In this document: in pieces, positions 1-11,952 of the stretch
How the letters are laid out: every line of letters begins with the position of its first letter
Position numbering within the stretch: the first letter of the stretch is position 1
From: the human T2T-CHM13v2.0 reference genome, Homo sapiens
Assembly: GCF_009914755.1 (NCBI RefSeq)
Contig: NC_060925.1
DNA length: 64,000 nt
Strand: one strand, 5' to 3'
Notes under the pieces: generated by a model
Seen by the model: only the letters and a program-made list of their open reading frames with translations
What the model was told of the DNA's origin: nothing
The model's database searches: none
Made by a program: the position numbers and the translations under genes

Positions 1-170
1 AAAGACAAAAATTAAATGGGCATACTGGCACACGCCTGTAGTCCCAACTATTCGGGAGACTGAGAGGTGGGAGGATTGCTTGAGCCAGAGAGGTCAAGGC
101 TGCAATGAGCCATGATCGTGCCACTGCACTCCAGCCTGGGCAGCAGAGCAAGACCTTGTCTCAAAAAAAA
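1..170 (+). mobile_element. Alu 3' half (old, AluJ-like), cut by window edge
   Basis: cacgcctgtagtccca...gcactccagcctgggc...tcaaaaaaaa right-arm motif. Confidence 0.9.
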
Positions 171-310
171 TGCTATGCTGTATGCTTTATTATATTAATA
201 TCCAATAGAATAAAGACACATGCCTTCTATATAGAGAGAACTAAATTAATAATGGTGAGATAACATAGTTAAATTCTCATTTAGCAGGAGAAATATAAAT
301 GTGTACTATA

Positions 311-640
<330 letters not shown>

Positions 641-821
641 TTAGCAAAGTAATGTTAACTACGAAGAGCACAACTCACAATATTATAAAATTGTAAGAAT
701 ATATCTGTACATTAGTAAATATTAGATGAGAATGATATTGTGAATATTTACTTCCGGTAATTTGGGATTTCAGAAAAGCTATTAGCATAATTTACAATAA
801 AGTATAATTTTAAGAAACCAT

Positions 822-1100
822 GCCGGGCACGATGGCTCACGCCTGTAATCTCAGCATTTGGAAGGCAGAGGCAGGTGGATTGCTTGAGGCCAGGAGTTCA
901 AGACCAGCATGGCCAACATGACCAAACCCCAACTCCACCAGAAATACAAAAATAAACCAGATACGGTGGTGCGTGCCTGTAATCCCAGCTACTCGGGAGG
1001 TTGAGGGGGGAGGATTGCTTGACCTGGGAAGTTGAGATTGCAGTGAGCCATGATCGTGCCACTGCACTCCAGCCTGGGCGACAGAGCAAGACTCTGTCCC
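822..1100 (+). mobile_element. Alu (AluJ-like) lacking a poly-A tail
   Basis: gccgggcacgatggctcac...actctgtccc, ends about 40 nt before the exon acceptor at 1138-1139. Confidence 0.88.
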
Positions 1101-1139
1101 AAGGTTTTGTTTTGGTGAACTTGCGGTCTCTTTTCCCAG

Positions 1140-1542
1140 GAATTCCTTGTGGGCTACCCCCCAACATCACCAATGGATATTTCATTAGCACCGACAGAGA
1201 GTATTTTCACTATGGATCAGTGGTGACCTACCACTGCAATCTTGGAAGCAGAGGGAGAAAGGTGTTTGAGCTCGTGGGTGAGCCCTCCATATACTGCACC
1301 AGCAAAGATGATCAAGTGGGCGTCTGGAGCGGCCCAGTCCCTCAGTGCATTATACCTAACAAATGCACACCTCCAAATGTGGAAAATGGAATATTGGTGT
1401 CTGACAACAGAAGCTTATTTTCCTTAAATGAAGTTGTGGAGTTTAGGTGTCAGCCTGGCTTTGTCATGAAAGGACCCCCCGCACCGTGTGCAATGCCAGG
1501 CCCTGAACAAATGGGAGACAGAGCTACCAAGCTGCTCCAGGG
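1140..1542 (+). pseudogene. CR1L: CR1L decayed double-SCR exon (CR1 SCR3/4, 10/11, 17/18 type), frameshifted
   Basis: ttttcccAG acceptor; translates [12 protein letters not shown]...CTPPNVENG...[10 protein letters not shown]; 4 extra nt near 1477-1481, then [20 protein letters not shown] in a shifted frame; weak GTGTGT donor at 1543; 403 nt, not a multiple of 3. Confidence 0.88.
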
Positions 1543-2109
1543 GTGTGTTTGCCTGAGGCCTAGAAGGGCCCTGCAAGTGACATGCATTGCTGTTGGATCA
1601 GGAGATGAGTATTTGTTTAGGGGGAGGGATGTATGTTGAGGAGGGTGGGAAAGTAAGTTTTGGGGGAAGAAGCATGAAATTAAGAATCTGGGGTGTGCAT
1701 GCACCCATGCATATGTGTCTTCATTTTGAAAAGCAAGACCTTAATTAGCCAAGAAAACTGGTATTTTGGACTCACCTATTAATCAATTGTCAGGGCAAAG
1801 TACCAGCTGCAATCTCTCTCAATTATATTGAAAAATTATATGGACTTTATGGTCAGCTGTGCCCTAAGCACTTTGTATACATTATCTCATTTATTATTTA
1901 AAACAACACTGTCTTATTTAAGGGCTTGTGTTTTTGATGGCTCATCTTGTCTACTGATGCCACAATAGCTGGCTTAGCAGCGGAGTGGGAGGTGTTATGG
2001 CAGATACATAGGGACAGAGAAAGAGCTTACAATTCTTCTACCAACCCATGTTAGCCTTGTGCAACCACTGAGCTGGGAAGACAAACAGATAAAGGGATAT
2101 AAAGACGGA

Positions 2110-2928
2110 TGTACCGAGGCAGGAGATGGGCAGGGCTTGTGTTCTGGTCACAATCCTGCTGACCAAAACAGAATCTGGCCTAGACAGGATGAAGTGAAAA
2201 AACAGCAGCAACAGGCAGATGGCGATGAAAGCAATCACTAGCTGCCCTCATATTCCCATCAGCACTGTGACAGTTTACAAATGCCATGGCAACGATCTGG
2301 AAGTTACCACCCCTTTCCAGGAAAGTTCTAAATAACACGCCCCTCAATTTGCATTGATGTGCCCCTTAACTTACCTGTAATTGGCTGGGCATGGTGGCCC
2401 ATGCCTGTAATCCCAGCACTTTTGGAGGCCAAGATGGGCAGATCACCTGAGGTCAGGAGTTCAAGACCAGCCTGGCCAACATGGTGAAACCCTGTCTTTA
2501 CTAAAAATACAAAAATTATCTGAGTGAGGTGGCTCGCACCTGAAATCTCATGAGGCTGAGGCAGGAGAATCACTTGAACCTGGGACGCGGAGGTTGCAGT
2601 GAGCTAAGATCACACGACTGTGCTCCAGCCTGGATGACAGAGTGAGATATCACCTCAAAAAAAAAAAAACACAAAAAACAAGAAACAAAAATAATTTACA
2701 TGTAATTGAAGCGGGCTTACAGGAGTATAAATACAGTTGCCTGCCAGGAGCTCATATGTTGCTGACTCTGGGCACATTGCCTGTGAGTTAGCCCTGCTCT
2801 GCAAAGGGCAATGCCTTTCTAAAAGATCGCTGTCTAGCACCACTGGCTCATCCGTGAATTCTGTCCTGAGTGAGGCAAGAACCCTTCCAGAATAAGCCCC
2901 AATTTAGGGGCATGCCTGTCCCCAAACA
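2110..2928 (+). mobile_element. ERV1-class solo LTR (MER4 group, MER41/MER66-like), interrupted by an Alu
   Basis: gacagtttacaaatgccatggcaac...gaagttacc motif, TATAAA near 2728, taagccccaatttagggg...aaaca end; subfamily and 5' boundary uncertain. Confidence 0.65.
2383..2690 (+). mobile_element. Alu (AluS-like) inserted in the LTR
   Basis: ggctgggcatggtggc...A-rich tail. Confidence 0.9.
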
Positions 2929-3284
2929 GTATGACTGTACTTTAGTCATTGGTGTGCAATCAGAGAAATATGGGGAAATCTGTAAAACAGACTTGGTCTC
3001 AGGTGACAGTCTCATTACCTGAATAATGATGGTACAAATACCTCCCTAGGAAATATGTAGATGGAGAATCCACCAATACTAATAACTCCACACTGGATAT
3101 CCAGAGCTAGGAGAAAATACTTCATGCCCTGTAGATTTACAGGTGAATTTTGGGCCATGTGCTAGGGAGAATTGTGTTCTATTTCTCTACCTTTTACTAA
3201 CTATGAGGCCTTCAGCAGGCATAGGATATAGCAAAAGAAATTCCCCCATAACTAACAGGTACTCTGGAACTGTCCTTTCTACAA

Positions 3285-3461
3285 TGTGTCAGCTGCCTCC
3301 AGAAATCCTGCATGGTGAGCATACCCTAAGCCATCAGGACAACTTTTTACCTGGGCAGGAAGTGTTCTACAGCTGTGAGCCCAGCTATGACCTCAGAGGG
3401 GCTGCGTCTCTGCACTGCATGCCCCAGGGAGACTGGACCCCTGAAGCCCCCAGATGTACAG
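3285..3461 (+). pseudogene. CR1L: CR1L decayed SCR exon (CR1 SCR19/26 type), acceptor lost
   Basis: [20 protein letters not shown]...WTPEAPRCT, 177 nt open; acceptor position reads AA (3283-3284); weak GTGCCT donor. Confidence 0.85.
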
Positions 3462-3521
3462 GTGCCTCTCTTTCCCCCTCACATGGAAGTCTTACTCCTG
3501 TTGTTTTATTTTTTCTTCTCG

Positions 3522-3624
3522 TGAAATCCTGTGATGACTTCCTGGGCCAACTCCCTCATGGCTGTGTGCTGTTTCCACTTAATCTCCAGCTTGGGGCTAA
3601 GGTATCCTTTGTTTGTGATGAAGG
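3522..3624 (+). pseudogene. CR1L: CR1L decayed half-SCR exon a (SCR20/27 type), acceptor lost
   Basis: [34 protein letters not shown], 103 nt; acceptor reads CG (3520-3521) after a pyrimidine tract; good GTGAGT donor. Confidence 0.85.
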
Positions 3625-3675
3625 GTGAGTGTGACCCAGTGTTGAGACCAAGGACTCAGTGTGGAGAATCACTGA

Positions 3676-3838
3676 GTTAATCCAATTAAGGAGCTGACCT
3701 AGTAGATAAGAAGTACCCAGAGAGATTAATTTATGGAAGGGTAGTTTTGAAATAAGCGTTAATCCAATTAAGGAGCTGACCTAGTAGATAAGAAGTACCC
3801 AGAGAGATTAATTTATGGAAGGGTAGTTTTGAAATAAG
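3676..3838. repeat. Perfect 81-bp tandem duplication with a 1-nt spacer
   Basis: gttaatccaattaagg...ttttgaaataag at 3676-3756 and 3758-3838. Confidence 0.97.
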
Positions 3839-4179
3839 GGTAGGGACTAAGTGGCACCGCCTTCAGAAAACAATGAAAAAATGGCACATACAACTCAATG
3901 TCAGATACAAACCTAAATACAGTCACTGATCTTGGGTACACAGTTGGAACTTGAAATGAATGGGTACGTATTTATTTGGAGGCAAAAGAACATAATTTTA
4001 TAAAATGTATGCTAGAAAAAAAAGATGAATGAGATGGAAATTGTTTGCCTCATAATAAGGCAAAGGTTGTTTTAGGAAACTTAAAACCAGTCAATAGTGG
4101 AATCTGTAATAGTGTATGAATAACTATGTTTTAACCCAATTACATATCTTCATGTCAAGAATGGCCAGTGTAATTGTTT

Positions 4180-5292
4180 TGATGCAAGATTTTTCTCAGC
4201 CACTTTGCCAGCTGGTGACCTCTGGCCAGAAACATCCCTGTCCAGGCCTTGCTCTACCCAGGATCAATGCAGGAGACACCTCATCTACTTGGCCCACCCA
4301 GGCCGTGCCAGGCTTGTGCTCTGATGCAGAGCCCATGGCTGCCGCGACTACATGCTCAGCCTCTGGGAGGGGGTGTGTGAGTGAGCAAGTGGGGGTTCCA
4401 GCTGGCCGCGCCAAGCACTGGCACAGGAGCGGGCTCCGTGCAAGGCTTGTGGCTGGACCAGGCATGTCACACTGAAGGGAATGTGTTGGTGCCCAAACAG
4501 GGGTCCCCACGACCCCGAAGCCCAGAGGGGGTGTAACAGCATGGTAATAGCTCTTAGCATTTGATAATGCCTGCAGCCCAACAGATGGCGGTGTGTTAAC
4601 AACTCTGTCAGTTCCATCGCCCTGCTCAGGCCTGCATCTCCAAGGCTGACTTGGCCTGCATCTCCAAGGCTGACTTGGCCTGCATCTCCAGGGCTGACTG
4701 GACCTGCTGGTGCTTCCTGTTGCATGGAATAACTGCCCTCCCCTAGGAGACGGCAAAGAGCCACTGTATTACAGCCTTCTTCATACCTGCGTTTGGTGGG
4801 TCCTGAGTTCTTGTCCCGCATCCAAGAAGAACAAGCTTATGCTGACAATAGAAGGGTGAGGAGGGTGGAGAAGAGTTTTATTGAGTGACAAAACAGCTTC
4901 TCAGCGGAGAAGAGACACAAGGGTGGACCCCAGATGAAGTCAGGGGGTTATTCTCTCAGTGTGGCTGGTTCTGGAGCCTTTATGGACTCAGAATTGGAAG
5001 TGTGTGTTAATTGGTTGGTGAGTATGCAAAAAAGGCTAAAACAAAGCCACCACTCAAAGGTGGGCACAACAGTGCAAAAAACCAATTAGGGAAGAGCAGG
5101 TATATGTGAAATAGATGAAGAGTGGGGATCAATCAGAGGAAAGCACACCCAACAGGAAGAGAGGTTCTCAAGCCAGTCCATGGATTTACCTGGAACTTGT
5201 AGCTAGGCTTTAAACTGTCTTCAGCTTGAAGGTCGGGTTTCACCGGGATCCGCCCCATCTGCCTGTGATTTGTCTGCCTCCTGCTTCTACCA
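4180..5292 (-). mobile_element. ERV1 solo LTR, MER52/LTR27/LTR28-like
   Basis: TG...CA ends, GC-rich; gagttcttgtcccgcatccaagaagaa...gttttattgagtgac motif; poly-A-signal-like AATAAA on the minus strand. Confidence 0.7.
4629..4699. repeat. Three copies of a 24-bp unit inside the LTR
   Basis: ggcctgcatctccaaggctgactt x2 plus ggcctgcatctccagggctgact. Confidence 0.95.
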
Positions 5293-6069
5293 CTGTCAAG
5301 TGGTATTATTCGTTGCTTATGTGTATCCATTATTCTTGGTGATACAGTATGAGTCTGGGGGATAACTAGATTGAGCAATTAAGGAGTTATTTTTAATAAT
5401 TTCCAAGGCTTCTTTGGCATTTACAAAGTCCACCACCTAATAATGATTTCCAATTTCAGAACGATTTTAGATTTCAGAAGGGAAGCAGTACTCAATAGTA
5501 AGTTGAGCATTTCAGGGTGGCAAAGACTCCTCCCCTGACCCTTCTTTTTTTCTTAGAACACATGGTTCAGCATGCTTCTGTGAGCCTCTTTCTGGCCTGT
5601 TACATTTGGAGTGGCGAGAAGAACAGATATTCCTGGCTTTGCTTACCAAATCAAAAGCTGTTCTGCCTCATGACCCACTAATGAGAATAAGTGGGATGTC
5701 AGAGAGCCATCAATGAAAGATGACACCTGAAGGTTATGGCTCTTGTGCCCATGGAGAAGTCTGGTTCTGTGTTCATGCCTTCTGTAGGTGATGCTGGGCT
5801 ATGAAGTTTATATGGCACTTCAGCTCTGATTGCTTTGCCAGTCACAGGGTACCATGGTTCTTTAGAATAAATTGGCCTTTGAGTTTCTGTCAGCTACTGA
5901 AGAATTCAGATCCCTAATGAACTAAGACTTTTAGCTAGACCTGAACCTAAGACCCAAATGATAGTCAAGGAGGAAATGGTAGTGAGGAAGCTGAGCATCT
6001 ATTAGTGAAGAAATCAAGGGAGAGATGGGAATTGCTCACACATTTGCTACCACTTTTTTTTTTCTTTAG

Positions 6070-6155
6070 GTTCTGATTAAAAGGCAGGTCTGCTAGTCAT
6101 TGTGTCTTGGCTGGAATGAAAGCCCTTTGGAATAGCAGTGTTCCAGTGTGTTAAC
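6070..6155 (+). pseudogene. CR1L: CR1L decayed half-SCR exon b (SCR27 type) with two stop codons
   Basis: Strong T-tract AG acceptor and GTGAGT donor; 86 nt; F*LKGRSASHCVLAGMKALWNSSVPVC*, TGA 6074-6076 and TAA 6152-6154. Confidence 0.88.
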
Positions 6156-6466
6156 GTGAGTAGAAAGAACTACGTAGTTTGGATAGCTCTCCTTATTTTT
6201 GTTTTCCAGTGTTTTACTGCACGGAATCACTTGTCTGGATCTTTACTTAACTAAATTACTGATTAAAATACTTCTCTGTTGGAAGAATTTCAAGAAGGGT
6301 CTTGTAGGACTTTTCTGACATTTGTTACTAATCTGTAAATCACTTAGTTTAATGACTGTTTAATTTTGTGGGGAATGTGTGGCAAGAAACTAAATGACAT
6401 AAAAGTGCAGCACATTTTAGTCAGTCATTTATTTTTAATTTTCTTATAAGGAGTAATCTTTCTTAC

Positions 6467-6752
6467 ATTTTTTTTTTCTTTTTTGAGACAGTTACCCAGG
6501 ACAGAATGCAGTGGTGCAATCACAGCTCACTGCAGTTTCAATGGCCTGGGCTGTAGTGACCCTCCCACTTCAGCCTCCCAGTAGTTGGGACTACAGGTGC
6601 ATGCCACCACACCTGGCTAATTTTTTATATTTTGTAGAGATGGAGTCTTGCCATATTGCCCAGGCTGGTCTCAAACTCCTGGGCTCAAGCTATCCTCCCA
6701 CCTTGGCCTCCAAAAGTGTTAGGATTACAAGTGTGAGCCACTGTACCCAGCC
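6467..6752 (-). mobile_element. Alu (AluJ-like)
   Basis: T-tract, gagacag...gtgagccactgtacccagcc. Confidence 0.9.
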
Positions 6753-8214
6753 AAATTCTTATGTTCTTTTATCCCCTCACGTATCATAAACAATTTAGTC
6801 AGCTTGTTTTTTAGCCTGCAGTATTGAATGACATAGGGCTTCCCATGTGCTAGGACTTTCCATGTGTAGAAAATGCAATGAAGAGTAAAAGAATAGTGAA
6901 GCCACCTCCCTACTTTCCTGGAGTATATTTTCTTGTTGGGAAGAAGACTAAAAACAATAAAATAAGAAAACAAAATTCTAAAAATTATAATATATAAAAT
7001 GGTAGTTAAATAGGGATGTTATGGAGAAAATAAAACAGAGTTATATGATAAATTAGTACAGTGGAAGGAGCCGGGATGACGAATCAGTGTCTGAAATGAT
7101 GAGGTGTCCTAAATTTCCAAACCATCCGCTTAAATAAAATATCCCAAAATTCAGAAAGAATTCAGAAACTCAGATAAAAGTACATATTTGACATACTAAG
7201 ACATTACTGATTTACCCTATTCTGTCTATTAAAGCAAGGCATGATTTTTTTAAACCTTTTTTTTCTTATTGGAAAATGTTTACTTTAATTTGCATTGTGT
7301 TAAAATAACTTACAGAAATCAATTTGGATATTTTATGGTGAGTATTATGGTGAAGAACATTCAATACCTGAGGAAACTCAAGTATCCAACAAACTCAACC
7401 CTTACAGAGACACATAGAGCTGAAAATAAATATATAAATAAACTTAGGAAAAACACAAGTAAAATTCAAGCATGAGAAGTTAATCATTGTTTGATGTACT
7501 AAGTCTTTTATGTACACATAATTCCGATAAACTTGGGTATCTCTTCCTAAATTCATATCAAATTAGAAGCATCAAGTGCTTTTAGGGAAGGAACTGTTCT
7601 AAACAGAAGAAAAGAAGGAAGAAATGATGGCTAATAATTTGGAAGAAAGAAAAAAAGCCTCTTTGGCACCATTTAATCTGTGTAAAAAGAGCCTTACCAA
7701 TGTAGTCTGATGACACCACTGGAAATTTGGTATTGGTCCTGATGATAACAGTCTTGAATCACCAAGAAACATTTACATTGCTAAAGATGATAGTTCATGA
7801 CTATTAAAGTTCATAGATTTCCTTGGAACTTATGGTCTCTGATGGCCAAAATTTTGTCTGTCTTGAACCTCATTGTCAACTCAGGAATCTTACTATGCCT
7901 GATTTAAAGTAGACAACCAAATGGGTGTTTGTAAAAAAATTAAAAAAAATTACTTTCCAAATTCATTATGAACATAGCTACCTGGATGGTCCAAAAACAC
8001 TGTCTTTGGGCTTTTGCAATAGACTGTAATTTAGGTCTCACAACAGTTAGTTGCCTCTCAACAAAAGCCTTACAGATTTAAATTCCATCCACCTTAGTTA
8101 TAGTCTTTCTAAAAGAAAAAAAATTATATTCATAGCACTGTCGCAGGTCACTAATATTTCAGTCATCTTAAGTGAAACTCTAATAGAACTTAAAAGCTCT
8201 TGTTTTCTTTCTAG

Positions 8215-8442
8215 AAATCTTTTGTCCAAATCCTCCAGCTATCCTTAATGGGAGACACACAGGAACTCCCCTTGGAGATATTCCCTATGGAAAAGAAGTA
8301 TCTTACACATGTGACCCCCACCCAGACAGAGGGATGACCTTCAACCTCATTGGGGAGAGCACCATCCGCCGCACAAGTGAACCTCATGGGAATGGGGTTT
8401 GGAGCAGCCCTGCCCCTCGCTGTGAACTTCCTGTTGGTGCTG
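8215..8442 (+). CDS. CR1L: CR1L coding exon, last SCR domain (CR1 SCR21/28 type)
   Basis: ttttctttctAG acceptor, GTCAGT donor; 228 nt open, phase 1-1: [75 protein letters not shown], matching the recalled CR1L C-terminal region. Confidence 0.93.
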
Positions 8443-9179
8443 GTCAGTATCCGCTTCCACATATCCTAAATGGGTTCAGAATATGTAGGTGAGAACCTTC
8501 ATATTTCTATAGTGACAGTCATTTTTGCTTGTGAAAATGGCTTTGCTGTAACTGTCAGAGACAGAACTACCTCCCAAGTGAATGACAAATGGGTTCTAGA
8601 TAGGCACACTGTCTCAATTATTGGTATTCTGATGGCCTTTGGGGTGAGGAGGGTGGGATGGTAAGGAGAGAAGAGGGTGGACAGTGAAGAGAATTGGTGA
8701 GGTCCAGATTTTGTAGAGAAATTTTTGAAAGTACTGAAAACAAATGCTAAAGAATGTACTCTTTTATTCTACCCCTACTATGAGTTGTCTTTATCCTGGA
8801 GAGATGGATGTGCTGCGCAAAAAGTACATGATGATGTAATTTACTTCAGAACTGATAACGCTATAAAAGTAATTTAAGAAATTCAGATGTAGGGATTTAT
8901 ACTTTTTATGTTGTTTCCAAGGGTTTGTTCAAGCCGCTGACTATATTTAGTTGGTCCTTCACCTCACCATTAACAAAGGGAACTCGGGAGGCCCTGGAGA
9001 AGCAGAGTCTGAGACTGTACTCTTAGCCTTCATAGCTCCTTCCTTTGATATATTACTCTGGCTTTAAACGACAGTACTTGACAACCGTAGATGCATTTGT
9101 GGCTGTGACTGCCCACACAAGCTCCATCCTCCAGTAAGGACAGAAGAGCATTGAATTATAAAAGGTGTTGACTTTTTAA

Positions 9180-9461
<282 letters not shown>

Positions 9462-9518
9462 GGTGCTGACTTTTTTGACCTGTTGGCTAATTGGACTTAG
9501 AACTTCTGTATGTTGAAA

Positions 9519-10040
9519 AAATGACTATAAATCATGCTGCTATAAAGACACATGCACACGTATGTTTATTGCGGCATTATTCACAATAGCAAAGACTTGG
9601 AACCAACCCAAATGTCCAACAATGATAGACTGGATTAAGAAAATGTGGCACATATACACCATGGAATACTATGCAGCCATAAAAAATGATGAGTTCATGT
9701 CCTTTGTAGGGACATGGATGAAATTGGAAAACATCATTCTCAGTAAACTATCACAAGAACAAAAAACCAAACACCGCATATTCTCACTCATAGGTGGGAA
9801 TTGAACAATGAGATCACATGGACACAGGAAGGGGAATATCACACTCTGGGGACTGTGGTGGGGTCGGGGGAGGGGGGAGGGATAGCATCGGGAGATATAC
9901 CTAATGCTAGATGACACGTTAGTGGGTGCAGCGCACCAGCATGGCACATGTATACATATGTAACTAACCTGCACAATGTGCACATGTACCCTAAAACTTA
10001 AAGTATAATTTAAAAAAAAAAACATTAAAAAAAAAAAGAA
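9519..10040 (+). mobile_element. 5'-truncated young L1 (L1HS-like, ACG diagnostic)
   Basis: ORF2 C-terminus, 3'UTR and poly-A; gatgacACGttagtgg at 9916-9918; short gaaaaa TSD candidate. Confidence 0.92.
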
Positions 10041-10183
10041 AAATAAATAACACAGTAGATAGATGAGAAATATATGGGAAACACAGCAAAGGGTTAATAG
10101 TGTTATCTTACAGGTAGCAGTAGTGGTGGTTGTGGTACTAGTTGTAAAAGTTAATATATAATGAATACTTAGTACCACTGTTA

Positions 10184-10498
<315 letters not shown>

Positions 10499-10519
10499 AG
10501 ATAGCTTCTAATTTAATTA

Positions 10520-10680
10520 CACAACAACCTATGAGGAGGATAGTATTCTTATTGTCTCATTTTATAGGTGTAGAAACTGAGACACAGAGGGTTTAGGTAA
10601 CTTGCACAAGACCACAGAATGGGGTAGCCTGGGTTCAGCCAAGCAATCTACTTATCTGTAGAGACTGTGCTCTTTAACAA
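10520..10680 (-). mobile_element. MIR fragment
   Basis: acaacaacctatgagg...cattttataggtgtagaaactgagacacagag...gtaacttgc core; strand assignment tentative. Confidence 0.7.
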
Positions 10681-11952
10681 TAAATAAATGGTCAACGGAC
10701 CTAAATATATAATTCAACAAGAGAGAATATTTAAGTACTGTCATAATGAAATGGAAAGCTATCAGGCAAGGTCCCAAACACCAGATAATGGGCAATTCTT
10801 AAGTTGGATGAAGGAGATACATACAAAGAATTAGAATGGGCCAAATAACTATTAACCAGCAGGTTCTTGGAACTCAGAGCTTAGTGTAAACTCCTCGTGA
10901 ATTGGGCTGAACCACATAGGAACTCCTTTTGTCTCTCTGAACTAAGACTCAGACTAAAAGCAGTCCCCTTTGCCTTCTTGTTCCTAGTCTCTTTACCCTA
11001 TCTAGTCTTGGCCTTTGACATCTTACTGCTTTGTAGTGAGAAGAGACAAAGAAAATTTCATGATCTTAGAGACTATCGAAACAGAAAAAATTAAACCCAG
11101 TATTTTTTCCCTAAGACTTGGGATAGATTGCTTAAGATACCAGTCCTAGGCCTTCCTAAAATGGAAGATGAGGAACTAACCTGGGGCGGTGGTCCAGGCT
11201 TGGAGTGACATGCCATAGAGGGTTTTGAGACAGAATAGCAATCCAAAGAGAAAAAGGAACCTTTGAGTACTAGCATCAGAGCAGGAAGAATATCTTGGGA
11301 TACTCAGATCCCCTATCTCCCCATTTCAATGGCCCAGTTACATCAGAGGCCTGATTCATTTCAAAACCTTCCTCAGAGCAAGGGGTAATTGCCAGGTACC
11401 CTTTAAAGCCAGAATTAATACATATAACCCATATTTACGCTGTCTCAAGACTAATTAGCATGGTGTTGCATGCTAGACAAATAAGTTCAACTCCAGAAAA
11501 CATGTAAAAACTAACAGAAGTTTCAACTTGAATATCTTAAGAGAGGCTTAAAGAAAAATTAAACTATGTGACACTCATTAAAATGTCCCCAAATCCTCTT
11601 TACCCATTTCCATTACCCAGTGTCCCATTCATTAAAGCAACTGCTTTCCTAGAGCCTAGCTTCTCTCAGTTCCACCCAGACTGTCTCTCAATAGTCTCCC
11701 CACCTTCTGGACCTTCTTAGTTCACAAGAAGTCTCCATGCCATTTCTAAGGTAAATGGAGTTTCTTCAGTTCTGCATAGTTCGATGCAACACAGCCTTGA
11801 AAGTTTCTGCAGGGAAATGCGGAAACTATCTTAGGATGCAAGATTTAGAGAAAGGGTGTAAATATCTTTCTACTTTGGCACATAAATATACAGAAACTGT
11901 TTAACCTCACTAGAACTAAAGAAATGCAAAAATAACAAAGTACCCTTTTTTT

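Noticed and set aside
1001-1639. 212-aa ORF as a stand-alone CR1-like gene
   Set aside because: GTG start in an Alu, runs through intron into a frameshifted exon and out again
4116-4821. Overlapping 119-186 aa ORFs with repeated peptides
   Set aside because: GC-rich LTR with a 24-bp tandem repeat; no spacers, so not CRISPR-like
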